Of a DNA stretch of 64,000 nucleotides, positions 9,852 through 18,732 are shown piece after piece. The position numbers and the translations under genes are program-made. Below the pieces are notes generated by a model. It saw only the letters and a program-made list of their open reading frames with translations, was not told the DNA's origin and searched no databases. Numbering within the stretch: position 1 is the stretch's first letter; each line of letters begins with the position of its first letter. Source of the DNA: a virus; the IMG/VR virus record IMGVR_UViG_3300020182_000012; one strand, given 5' to 3'.

Positions 9852-10887
9852 TGAAAATATTTTTCATCTTGTGTTTTTGTTCAGTACTAAATTCTTTTAG
9901 TCTATGTTTATTATAACGCAAATCTGGTAACATGTCAAGATACATTTGTTCAAGTTCAGATTTTGGCATGTCCACTAAATGATGTATCACACTCATTAAC
10001 GCATCATGTTGTCCGGTGGTTTCAACTGGAATATGATCCCAATAATGATTGAATGTGCGGAAGCCTCTGTCTCTCAACCATTGATATGATCTTGGATTGC
10101 CGTGTACATGAAAAGGACGCAATCCTACCATTGGCTTCCAAATTTTTTCTGTCATAAACACAGGCTTCCATTCATCAAATTCAGTTTCGCTTACTACATT
10201 CAAAAAATGATTTTTCCATAGGTCAAGACGTCCAACAGTAACAAGATCATTGGGTACACCGGCATGGTCATCATGATCGCCTTGCGTTTGATTGTACGCT
10301 GCCGGGAGATCATCAATTGTCATTGGAACTACTTCCAGACCTTGTTGCCAATCTGTGCCGTCTTTTGCTGCGCCGCCTAGTGTGACAATACCACGTTCTA
10401 ATAAATGGGGGTTCTCACGCAAAATATTCGTAATTTCAATCCTGTGCCGTCTTGGTTTTCTTTGATATAACATGTATGCAAAATCAGCACTTTGCATTAC
10501 TACTTGGTCTTCTGTGTACGCAGGCATACGATCGTTTGCAATCATGGCATGAAAGTTCCACTCCTTTGCTTCACCTTCGTACATGCCTATTCTGTGTACA
10601 TTTTTAATTTTGTATTTGTTGATTATTTTTTGTAAATCTTCTGTGAAAAGATATTCAGGATCGATTACACATAGCAAAAATAAATTATCAAATTCACCTT
10701 CTAAATTCATCGTTTGTTTCCAGCAATCGTTATCAAATTGACTGCCAAACCATGTTGTGTTAATTAAAAGATTTTTCTCATTCGGAAAACGTTGCTTAAT
10801 TTGCATTTCTGTGCTATCAATTATTTCCAACTCGTCTTTACCGTACGGCCAAGTCAACGGGAAGTGTGTCCCGATTCTTACAAGCAT
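9844..10887 (-). CDS. Putative glycosyltransferase-like protein (GT10-like TEK motif)
   Basis: VVSET...FMTEKIWKP...PF...G......LR..GFRTF; paralog of 13147-14088. Confidence 0.6.
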   Translation of the reverse strand: MLVRIGTHFPLTWPYGKDELEIIDSTEMQIKQRFPNEKNLLINTTWFGSQFDNDCWKQTMNLEGEFDNLFLLCVIDPEYLFTEDLQKIINKYKIKNVHRIGMYEGEAKEWNFHAMIANDRMPAYTEDQVVMQSADFAYMLYQRKPRRHRIEITNILRENPHLLERGIVTLGGAAKDGTDWQQGLEVVPMTIDDLPAAYNQTQGDHDDHAGVPNDLVTVGRLDLWKNHFLNVVSETEFDEWKPVFMTEKIWKPMVGLRPFHVHGNPRSYQWLRDRGFRTFNHYWDHIPVETTGQHDALMSVIHHLVDMPKSELEQMYLDMLPDLRYNKHRLKEFSTEQKHKMKNIFNV

Positions 10888-11705
10888 TCTATCATTTTCC
10901 TTATCCCGTGCTCCAATGGAGTATCACAGATTAGTCCCAAACTTTGCATTCTTTCAGTGCTACCAACCCTGTGGCCAGCACCTTCTGGTTCATTGGTTTG
11001 CGTTTTAACTGGTATTGTTACACCGTGCACTAGTTTGTAAACTATTTCGGCTACTTCTTTAAATGTAATTGCATTACCAGATGCAATGTTTACAGTAACT
11101 GGTTCTTCTCTATGCAACAAGTATTCAAATACTTTAAGTGCATCATCAATGTACACCCAGTCTCTTGTTTGTGTTCCGCTGCCCCACACACTACATTCTC
11201 CCTGGCGTGCTCTTTCTATTATAGCAGGCAATGGATAGTCCATGTCTTGTCCTGGACCGTATATGCTAAAAGGACGCATAACATGGACAGGAATGTCAAG
11301 TGTTTTTAGCATACCCTCTGCTACTAGTTTGGAGAGTCCATACAAGTCAAAGGTTTTTGAATTTCCAAACTGTTCTTCGTGCATTGGAGTATTCGGCGAT
11401 TCTTGCAAGTGTGTTGGATATGCTGCACAACTACTAGGGTAAATGATCTTTTTACAAAACTCATCTGCCCACTTGAATGTTATTCTATCTATTTCTATAT
11501 TTTCAGCAATACGCCATTTGTTATTGTCTATACCTTTACGCCCGCCCACAAAGGCTGCAAAATGATATAGACAATCAAAACGTTCATAAGGTAAATTGCG
11601 TCTTACATCTTGTGTAAAGGGTGTAACATCATGCCCCTTTTCTTTAAGATACCTAACAGTATTCCTGCCAAGGAACCCGTCTGCGCCAGTGATTAATACT
11701 TTCAT
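10878..11705 (-). CDS. NAD-dependent nucleotide-sugar epimerase/dehydratase (extended SDR)
   Basis: TGADGFLG, SS, YGLSK (YxxxK), IYGPG, GSGTQTRDWVYIDD. Confidence 0.92.
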   Translation of the reverse strand: MKVLITGADGFLGRNTVRYLKEKGHDVTPFTQDVRRNLPYERFDCLYHFAAFVGGRKGIDNNKWRIAENIEIDRITFKWADEFCKKIIYPSSCAAYPTHLQESPNTPMHEEQFGNSKTFDLYGLSKLVAEGMLKTLDIPVHVMRPFSIYGPGQDMDYPLPAIIERARQGECSVWGSGTQTRDWVYIDDALKVFEYLLHREEPVTVNIASGNAITFKEVAEIVYKLVHGVTIPVKTQTNEPEGAGHRVGSTERMQSLGLICDTPLEHGIRKMIECL

Positions 11706-11710
11706 ACAAA

Positions 11711-11718
11711 TATGTATC
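11711..11718 (-). promoter_or_regulatory. Late-promoter-like box GATACATA, 5 nt before the SDR start codon
   Basis: One mismatch to the TAAATA core; same spacing to ATG as other late boxes in the window. Confidence 0.4.
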
Positions 11719-13160
11719 TATTTTAAGTTGCTGGCTGCATATTTACACTCGGCCCACCAGTCAGCCATTTCGGGGAATGTTTTTAAAAAGTCTGTTCCGC
11801 GCCGGCGATCGTGCTCAGTAAAGAACTTATAGAAGTCTGCTTTATTGCGATTAACGTACTCAGTGGATAGTTTTTGTCCATTGCGCATCCACGCAATATC
11901 TCTGTCTAATCGGTTAACTTCATAGTCTTTAAATCCGTGAAACCGAGTGGCTTCAGTTTCTAGATTGTCCAACATCCAAGACTTAATATTTTCAAGTTCA
12001 TACACATAGCTCTCAGGCAACAGTTGCAGGCTTTGCCAAGAAGGTGTGCGCAGCACAGGTGTATCAAACCACACTCGTTGATACGTTGTACTATATGCTT
12101 GCCTTAGTTCAAGTATAGAAACAAACAATTTGTGTAGAGTAGTTACACTTAGATTGCTCATTGTTATGATAAATGTAACACTGTTACGTTCCGGAATGTC
12201 ACGTAAAAATTGATGTACTCTATCCCACAACAAGTCAAAGTCGAGTCCATGGCGTACATATTCTACTTGCTCGAACATCCCATCCAAGCTTACATACTGC
12301 ATAAAGTGTTCCACAGTGTCTGGTTGACTGCATATTTTTGAGACATACTTCTTGTACTTTTGCCACAGTTTTTCATCTACGCTAAAGTTTGATGTTGTGC
12401 TTAGATGCAAGTCTGACTTGGGATTGGCCAGCACATGATCAAATACTCGATATGTATTTTTATCCATCAACGGTTCGCCACCAGTCATTCGGAAGTGCTC
12501 TAAATCTGGATACAATGTGGGCCACCATTCCCAGAATGCATCGACATACGGATTGTGTTCTCTTGCAGGAATAGGTCTACGTTCACCAGCGAAATGTGCT
12601 GGATGGTTGTGCGGTGTGCTAGTTGGCCATGCACCGTGTTTTTCTGTTTCAGCCATCCATGTTGAACTATACTGCGGCGAACAATAACTACAACTCAGAT
12701 TGCATGCGCTGTTAAAGTCTACTTCAACGTAACTAGGAGTAATGTCTTTGTCCCATGATGCGTTTGTTATTTTTTCAAAATCTTTCATTGCCCAAGGTTC
12801 GCCGCTGCGATAATGTCTATCACTTAGCTTTCCGTTGTCTTCCATAGCCCAGCAGTAATTACATTCAGTTGGGCGCACTCCTTCGAGCATCAACTTGCGT
12901 TGTTGTTTTTTATAATCTGTGTTGTGTAGCGCACTGGGATTTTTCTTAATAGCTTCTGCATCTGCTTTGTGCAATGGCGGATGATAACAACTATTGTTCA
13001 TGCCAGTTGTTAAATGTAAACTAAGTTGTTTCCACTTAGCTAAACACATACTAGGACTTACTGTGTCTAACTTCTGTTGTGCTTGTTCAGCATCAGTGAG
13101 AAAATTACTTTTAAAATTTTCATCAACGCCATCACCTTTGTTTTGTTTAGTATTTGTCAT
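11718..13160 (-). CDS. Radical SAM protein with N-terminal Twitch-like domain
   Basis: CNLSCSYC, TGGEP; CLAKW..SCYHP..CNYCW; close paralog of 7835-9187; ATG at 13160 preferred. Confidence 0.9.
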   Translation of the reverse strand: MTNTKQNKGDGVDENFKSNFLTDAEQAQQKLDTVSPSMCLAKWKQLSLHLTTGMNNSCYHPPLHKADAEAIKKNPSALHNTDYKKQQRKLMLEGVRPTECNYCWAMEDNGKLSDRHYRSGEPWAMKDFEKITNASWDKDITPSYVEVDFNSACNLSCSYCSPQYSSTWMAETEKHGAWPTSTPHNHPAHFAGERRPIPAREHNPYVDAFWEWWPTLYPDLEHFRMTGGEPLMDKNTYRVFDHVLANPKSDLHLSTTSNFSVDEKLWQKYKKYVSKICSQPDTVEHFMQYVSLDGMFEQVEYVRHGLDFDLLWDRVHQFLRDIPERNSVTFIITMSNLSVTTLHKLFVSILELRQAYSTTYQRVWFDTPVLRTPSWQSLQLLPESYVYELENIKSWMLDNLETEATRFHGFKDYEVNRLDRDIAWMRNGQKLSTEYVNRNKADFYKFFTEHDRRRGTDFLKTFPEMADWWAECKYAASNLK

Positions 13161-14088
13161 TTTTAAATATTTCAAAATCTTTTGTGGTTAGTTCCATAAA
13201 CCGTTTTTTATTATGCTGTAGTATGGGTTGCATTTCCTGATGCATAGTTCTAAGTTCTTGAGTGCTTTTTTTTGCTAGAGAATCAATGACTTTAATAATT
13301 TCATGCGGTTGATAGTCAGCTGGATCTTCAGCATAACCTTCGTTCCACCAACGATCAAATGTTTGAAAACCCATGTTACGCAGTCTGTGTAAGTGCCATT
13401 GAGGCCCTTGTATTATAAATGGCGTTGAAAGCATTATTGGCCTCCACGTTTTTTCAGTGGGATAAAATGTATTTCCGGTATAGTAGGTTTCGCAAACAAT
13501 TTCAATTAAAAAATTATTATATTCTTGATAAAAATTATGGTGTTGTTTTACTATAGGATAAGACACTTCGTCTTTTATAATAGGTGAATTTTCTAATAAA
13601 TTTACTGTTTGCGGTAATGCAATTGTTCCATATAATTCAACTAACTTGTCCAATCCAAGATTGTTCCTATGAAAGTCCATATTAGGATTATAATGAAATG
13701 TTTGGTTTGCTAAATTGTGTTCGTATAGATAGCCACTTAGATATAACCTGTGTACATTACTGCGTCCAATAAACATTCCAAATGTATTGTCTATAGTTTT
13801 GTTTACTACTACGTCTTTAAGGAAATTTATTGTATCATCTACCCAATTATTTGATATAATATCAAATACAATATTATTAATGTTTTTTTGTACTGGATTT
13901 CTAAAATTAACAACTTTTGCTGGATAGTCGCCAATCAATTCTACTAGCCCAAGTGTTTCAAAGTCTGGACCTTCGCTGTTTAAATCTAGTACCAGATCTT
14001 GTTTTGTTGCCTTGGCAGTAGCAATAGCCGTACAAACTTCAGCAAAATTCCAAACTTTGCTGTCACTGGTAACTACAACTACATTCAT
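13147..14088 (-). CDS. Putative glycosyltransferase-like protein (GT10-like TEK motif)
   Basis: IVCET...FYPTEKTWRP...PFIIQG.....LR.MGFQTF..WW.E.Y. Confidence 0.6.
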   Translation of the reverse strand: MNVVVVTSDSKVWNFAEVCTAIATAKATKQDLVLDLNSEGPDFETLGLVELIGDYPAKVVNFRNPVQKNINNIVFDIISNNWVDDTINFLKDVVVNKTIDNTFGMFIGRSNVHRLYLSGYLYEHNLANQTFHYNPNMDFHRNNLGLDKLVELYGTIALPQTVNLLENSPIIKDEVSYPIVKQHHNFYQEYNNFLIEIVCETYYTGNTFYPTEKTWRPIMLSTPFIIQGPQWHLHRLRNMGFQTFDRWWNEGYAEDPADYQPHEIIKVIDSLAKKSTQELRTMHQEMQPILQHNKKRFMELTTKDFEIFKNDKY

Positions 14089-15015
14089 CTACCAGCCTTC
14101 TTGACTACGAATAACATCAATCTCGCGAGTCATAATATTTTTATTATTCCAGTTACTACGATAGTGATGTTTGAAAAACTTACTCTGTTCAGGAGAAAAT
14201 GTGTTCATTGGCAAATCTAATTGTCTGTTTAATGCATTAGCATGTTGTTCGACTATGTTAAGTGGATCAGTGTTTTCTATTTCGTTCCAAATTTGTTCTA
14301 GATTGTCGAACCATTGTACTTCTTTATGATCCCAATCTGTTAGCATGGTTTTGTATGTTCCGAGTCTTGCACCAGCAATTGCCCACAGACCGTAATCTGC
14401 ATCGCTACCCACATTTTGCCAGACAGTCAAGTGATCGAGATTGCGACTGTGCACTCGTTCTTTAAATTCGCTGACACTTGGTTTGCGGCCTCTGTCAAGG
14501 CACATCTTTACACCTTCACGAAAGCCAGCACGCCAGGCCTGTTTAGCACTTCCATTTGGATGTGTAGTTGAATAGCAATTGTACATCGGCCAGTACAGCG
14601 GATCAAAACAAAACTCTACATCAGTATCATCTGCGCCTTCACTTGCTTCATGTGTGCGCATGTTCATAACAAACTCTTTTGTCCAAGAACTCATGCCGCC
14701 GTTACCATACATCAAACCATTAACATGATTACGTGCTCTCCAGCGATAAACTGCCTTTTCGTAGCTACTGTCCTTGTATTCAATGGTTTGATTGAAAAAA
14801 GACTCCTCAGGAAGATTGTCACCATCAATTAATATAAAACGTTCAGTATCGCTTGCTTGTGCTGCGGCTTTGTGTGCAGCATCGCTGCCTTCTACCCCAT
14901 CAACACGTTTTGCCCACGGAACCATGTTGCGTATCTTAACCCAAAACTCTTCTTTTTGTGGTTCATCGTAAGAAAGATAGATACAGTCCAAATCGGCAAT
15001 ATCAATTGAATCCAT
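14089..15015 (-). CDS. Glycosyltransferase-like protein (GT-A fold)
   Basis: IYLSYDEP, AHKAAA, FILIDGDN (DxD). Confidence 0.65.
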   Translation of the reverse strand: MDSIDIADLDCIYLSYDEPQKEEFWVKIRNMVPWAKRVDGVEGSDAAHKAAAQASDTERFILIDGDNLPEESFFNQTIEYKDSSYEKAVYRWRARNHVNGLMYGNGGMSSWTKEFVMNMRTHEASEGADDTDVEFCFDPLYWPMYNCYSTTHPNGSAKQAWRAGFREGVKMCLDRGRKPSVSEFKERVHSRNLDHLTVWQNVGSDADYGLWAIAGARLGTYKTMLTDWDHKEVQWFDNLEQIWNEIENTDPLNIVEQHANALNRQLDLPMNTFSPEQSKFFKHHYRSNWNNKNIMTREIDVIRSQEGW

Positions 15016-15029
15016 GTTAACTCCGTGAT

Positions 15030-15365
15030 TTATCTTGTGTAGGGTTTAAAATCTTGGCCATTAGCAACCAAACACGCTGTTCCGTTATCATACAAACTCA
15101 CTAGTGTCCAGGTGCCCGAGTTCTGGTTAACAAAAAACATCATTGAACTCCAATATTCTTTGCTGTCAGATGAACTCCGTTGCATGCCTCTGCCACTGTG
15201 CAAAGGTTTTTCGCCATAATTGTTCATAACCGTATTAGTCATCTGAATAACTGGTGCACAAGGTTGTGTAGTAAGAAAAAATTTAGTTTCTTGTTCTTGC
15301 GACAACACCGTTGCTGGTAGTAGTACTAGTATTCCTGCAATAAATGCATTTAATATATACTCCAT
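15030..15365 (-). CDS. Hypothetical protein with predicted signal peptide
   Basis: Hydrophobic N-terminus (AFIAGILVLLPATVLS); two Cys; AAGGA RBS. Confidence 0.7.
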   Translation of the reverse strand: MEYILNAFIAGILVLLPATVLSQEQETKFFLTTQPCAPVIQMTNTVMNNYGEKPLHSGRGMQRSSSDSKEYWSSMMFFVNQNSGTWTLVSLYDNGTACLVANGQDFKPYTR

Positions 15366-15391
15366 TTAATATTTTCCTTATTATTATAAAG

Positions 15392-15399
15392 TATTTACT
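15392..15399 (-). promoter_or_regulatory. T4-type late promoter-like box AGTAAATA
   Basis: TAAATA core at a gene boundary, upstream of the modification cluster. Confidence 0.55.
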
Positions 15400-15742
15400 T
15401 TAAATAATACGTTTTACTAGCCCACTTAATATCACTGTTGTTGTCCACAATCATTACATTATCAGCTCTACACCTAGTACCAGTCTCAGATGGTACTAAT
15501 TTTGTCCAACTCACAGCATCATTTTGCCTAACAATCTTGCCTTTAAGAACAAGTATATCATACCGTCCTTCGCTGTGTTGTTTTTGTGTTACTGTAATAT
15601 AATCGCCATCATGTTGCCCTTCCATACTGTAGAACAATGGTTCTCCAGTTTCTTTATTATAGTACAATCTATATTCATAGTCAACCGGTTTATTATCCGC
15701 TATTATTTGATCAAACAATTGTGCTAGTTCTTCTTCAGTCAT
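15395..15742 (-). CDS. Hypothetical phage protein
   Basis: 115-aa ORF overlapping the upstream stop; YRLYYN..TGEP. Confidence 0.75.
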   Translation of the reverse strand: MTEEELAQLFDQIIADNKPVDYEYRLYYNKETGEPLFYSMEGQHDGDYITVTQKQHSEGRYDILVLKGKIVRQNDAVSWTKLVPSETGTRCRADNVMIVDNNSDIKWASKTYYLK

Positions 15743-16514
15743 AGTACTGCCCTAATTGCTGTGCTAATTCTTTTTGATGATAGTGAACAAATCCGTGTTG
15801 ATTATGCCCGTTGATACGTAGTACTCCATCGTCTACTTCCCATGTCAGCTCTTTTGCCCAGTCGTCGGCACTAGTGCCAAGTATTCTCGGTTTCATGTGT
15901 ACAATTTGAGGACCTGTGCCCGGAGTAACAAAGTCGCTGCCATTTAATGCATAAATTAAATCTGTATTGGCTATTTCGTCGCTGCCTAGTTTAATGTTAA
16001 GTTTGATCTTATCCCAATCTTCAAAGCACTGTTTTACATTGTTAAAGAATCGCTGTGCATCGGGACTTACTCTCCAGTAAGTAATTGCATTATATACATC
16101 GGGTAAATTGTTATGATCAAATATTTTCCTATAGTGTCGCACAGTTGATGTAGTTCCGTGGAAGTCTCGTGCACCAGTGCTAATCCAAACCGGCTTGTTT
16201 CGATACAAGGGCCACCAATGGTCAATCGGACCACTAACAACCATGTCTGCTTCTAATTTTACAGTTTCGTGAAACGGGCTAGCATAAAATACTTGCCAGT
16301 CAGTGGACCAGCCGCCTGTATTGCCTTGTGGAAATTGCCTAACATAATCAAAAAGAGGATTTGCATAGTTCTCATGATCTGTAACCAAACAAATCTTTAC
16401 ATCCGGGTGCCAGTATTTGAGACTTTTTGCAAGTGTTTCTGCACAAGAAATATAGTCAACACCGTCGGTGATTCCTGCAACAATTAGATATCCTCGATCA
16501 GCTTCGTACTGCAT
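15735..16514 (-). CDS. Glycosyltransferase-like protein (GT-A/GT8-like)
   Basis: Start reassigned to MQYEAD (GGAGA RBS); LAKSLK, SPFHETVKLEADM, HY near the C-terminus. Confidence 0.65.
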   Translation of the reverse strand: MQYEADRGYLIVAGITDGVDYISCAETLAKSLKYWHPDVKICLVTDHENYANPLFDYVRQFPQGNTGGWSTDWQVFYASPFHETVKLEADMVVSGPIDHWWPLYRNKPVWISTGARDFHGTTSTVRHYRKIFDHNNLPDVYNAITYWRVSPDAQRFFNNVKQCFEDWDKIKLNIKLGSDEIANTDLIYALNGSDFVTPGTGPQIVHMKPRILGTSADDWAKELTWEVDDGVLRINGHNQHGFVHYHQKELAQQLGQYYD

Positions 16515-17292
16515 ACAGTTTCTCCAAATAACTCTTGCACATAACATGTAGATCATGATTTTTAACACAAATTTTCTTTTTGCGGTTATCATTAATATAG
16601 TTAATCCACCATATATCATCAACTAGGTCAGCTTCTACATCAGTTTCTACATTTGCCATTGGCCACGGGATTTCGCACTGATGTGGGTGTGTATTTCCAT
16701 TAGCCAATAATAATGCAATGCTTATTGCAAAGTCGTTGCGATATTGTTTAGTGTTGAATCCAAACAATGTTCCGTAGTGCGCATAGTTTTGTTCTACCAT
16801 CTTCCAAACATTAAACACATCTTGTGTAAATTGACTGTGACGGTCAAAAATAACAACTGTTGCCCACCACATGTGTGATTTTTTTGTCCCAAACGTTTGC
16901 AGCCTCGGTAACGGCTGATGTACATTGCGAACATGTCTGTGGCATAAGAACGGTTGTGAACTATCTAGTAACGGTGCCAACGAATCGCCGTTGACCATGT
17001 AATCTGTGTCAACTAATAGTGTTCTATCGTAAGGTGATAGATCGAGTGCAGCGTTTCTGCCAAAATTATACCAAGTTGTTGTTTCTTTTCTGTCATGAAA
17101 ATATCGCCTATTGGTGTTTTTACCGCGATCAACTATAACTTGACTGTCAAACATATCTGAATCAACAGATTTGTCAGTAACCAGTGTTACCGGAATATTG
17201 AGGTGTTTTTTTATTCGTCGTGCACACTCAACAGCAAGTTTAGTATACTGTATTTCACTGTCAAACGCAAAAAGTAAAGCGCCCGTTGTCAT
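16498..17292 (-). CDS. Glycosyltransferase-like protein (GT-A/GT8-like), paralog of the neighbour
   Basis: SPYDRTLLVDTDY (DxD), WATV, RNDFA, HVMCK. Confidence 0.65.
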   Translation of the reverse strand: MTTGALLFAFDSEIQYTKLAVECARRIKKHLNIPVTLVTDKSVDSDMFDSQVIVDRGKNTNRRYFHDRKETTTWYNFGRNAALDLSPYDRTLLVDTDYMVNGDSLAPLLDSSQPFLCHRHVRNVHQPLPRLQTFGTKKSHMWWATVVIFDRHSQFTQDVFNVWKMVEQNYAHYGTLFGFNTKQYRNDFAISIALLLANGNTHPHQCEIPWPMANVETDVEADLVDDIWWINYINDNRKKKICVKNHDLHVMCKSYLEKLYAVRS

Positions 17293-17594
17293 CTTTGTTT
17301 GGAAATTTCATTGTATTCGGCTTGCCAGGCATTCATTTGTTCTTGCCATCGCTGCATTGCTAATTTTTTAAGTTCATGTGGATCTACACTAACTGGCGTA
17401 TTGTAATAATCTTCAAGTACCACAAGTGTATCTTGGCAACAATCACACAACACAATCAAGTCCGGCGATGCTTTCCACATACCGCCATCGTGCGCAAAAA
17501 GCATCTTGGCTTCATACGTTTCCCGCAAGACAATCCTAGCTTGCTGATGATCAAATCTGGTTTTAATGTTTTGGGAGAGTTGGTCTGTTTGCAT
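17289..17594 (-). CDS. Hypothetical phage protein
   Basis: ~100-aa ORF; start at 17594 (MQTDQ) or 17609. Confidence 0.7.
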   Translation of the reverse strand: MQTDQLSQNIKTRFDHQQARIVLRETYEAKMLFAHDGGMWKASPDLIVLCDCCQDTLVVLEDYYNTPVSVDPHELKKLAMQRWQEQMNAWQAEYNEISKQR

Positions 17595-17616
17595 GCTAGT
17601 AGTTAGCATGCAAACA
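17586..17616. promoter_or_regulatory. Perfect 13-bp inverted repeat covering the start codon and a late-promoter-like box
   Basis: TGTTTGCATGCTA-GTAGT-TAGCATGCAAACA. Confidence 0.75.
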
Positions 17617-17640
17617 ATGACCTGATTAAATTTTTAAATT

Positions 17641-18570
17641 TTAAGTTAACGTCCAAGTGGCAGAGTTCTGTGTCACTGAACCCCAAGTGTCTGCAATGTA
17701 TGTAGTAGACGGTGGGCGAATTGTTGTATTCATCGTAAGTGTTCCGTCAACACTATCAAGTCCGCCAGGCACGCCCGGAGTTTTCTGATCATCCATTGTT
17801 GCAGTGATTGTAATCACACTACCACTAATTGATGCTTGAATTTGAGCAAAGTTTGCTGTGTAAGTGTATGTGGTAGCAAATTGCTTGAAAAGTGTTTGAT
17901 TAGTGCCAGTAAGATCGTATGCACCTATGCCTTCGGCAAGTGTATCTGCTGTTCCGCTGCCACCAATCTTAGTAGTACCAGTATAAGATGTACCTGCAAT
18001 GGTTTTGTTTGGTCCTGGGTCGCCAGCTCCTGTCAGCACAATTGTACCGCATGCTGTTAACAAGTTTGTCCAAGAAGTGTTTTGATCACTTGCTGTACCA
18101 CCTGAACGACTAAAGCTCATTCTAATCATGCCGCCTGCATTAAAGAAATAACGCAGTTGGTTGGCACTTGCAAATGTGATAGTTTTAGATGTTGTTGCAG
18201 TGTTGACCCAGGCAGTAGTTGTTGTGGTAGCCGCTGTAGAATCAGAGCCACTAGCAGCGGCATTATTACGCCCAGATTCTATTGCTGTAATGTTTGTTGA
18301 TAAGGCAGCGTATGCCGAGATAGTATCACCGGCTGTTGGGCTTGTTATTGCTGTAATTGACGTCCCTTGGTGACTAGCTGCACTTGATGTTCTTGCTAGC
18401 AAAGTTGCCCATTGTGTTGCTGATATGGTTGAACCAACGACTGTTTCGCCAATGATATTGGTTTGTCCGTAACCGTTTTCGCCGCTTCCGACTCCCCAAA
18501 CAGCATCGACACTGTTTGTGAAAGTGTTATAGTCTGCGGCAGTAATTGTAGACCCTGATGAATATGTCAT
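17641..18570 (-). CDS. Virion structural protein (fibre/tail-associated)
   Basis: Thr/Gly/Ala/Ser-rich; MTYSSGSTITAADYN..GYGQ; RYFFNAGG; position in the tail module. Confidence 0.65.
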   Translation of the reverse strand: MTYSSGSTITAADYNTFTNSVDAVWGVGSGENGYGQTNIIGETVVGSTISATQWATLLARTSSAASHQGTSITAITSPTAGDTISAYAALSTNITAIESGRNNAAASGSDSTAATTTTTAWVNTATTSKTITFASANQLRYFFNAGGMIRMSFSRSGGTASDQNTSWTNLLTACGTIVLTGAGDPGPNKTIAGTSYTGTTKIGGSGTADTLAEGIGAYDLTGTNQTLFKQFATTYTYTANFAQIQASISGSVITITATMDDQKTPGVPGGLDSVDGTLTMNTTIRPPSTTYIADTWGSVTQNSATWTLT

Positions 18571-18721
18571 CTTTTATTTTTCCCTTTGTATTAGTAGGTG
18601 TCTCCTACGCTATAAAATTAGGCGCCCTGCAATGCAGTAAAGATTTAAACTTTTATCTTTTTAGTAGTTACCTACCACGTCTGGTTAACTATTGTGTATA
18701 GCTGGGTTATCCTTCTATCAG

Positions 18722-18729
18722 TATTTACC
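18722..18729 (-). promoter_or_regulatory. Late promoter-like box GGTAAATA
   Basis: TAAATA core just after the upstream stop codon, followed by a ~150-nt leader. Confidence 0.6.
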
Positions 18730-18732
18730 GTA

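Noticed and set aside
635-13175. rSAM cluster as a RiPP maturation, queuosine (QueE) or MoaA pathway
   Set aside because: No short precursor peptide or RRE domain, and no folE/queD/queC or moa partners in the window; neighbours are sugar-acting enzymes
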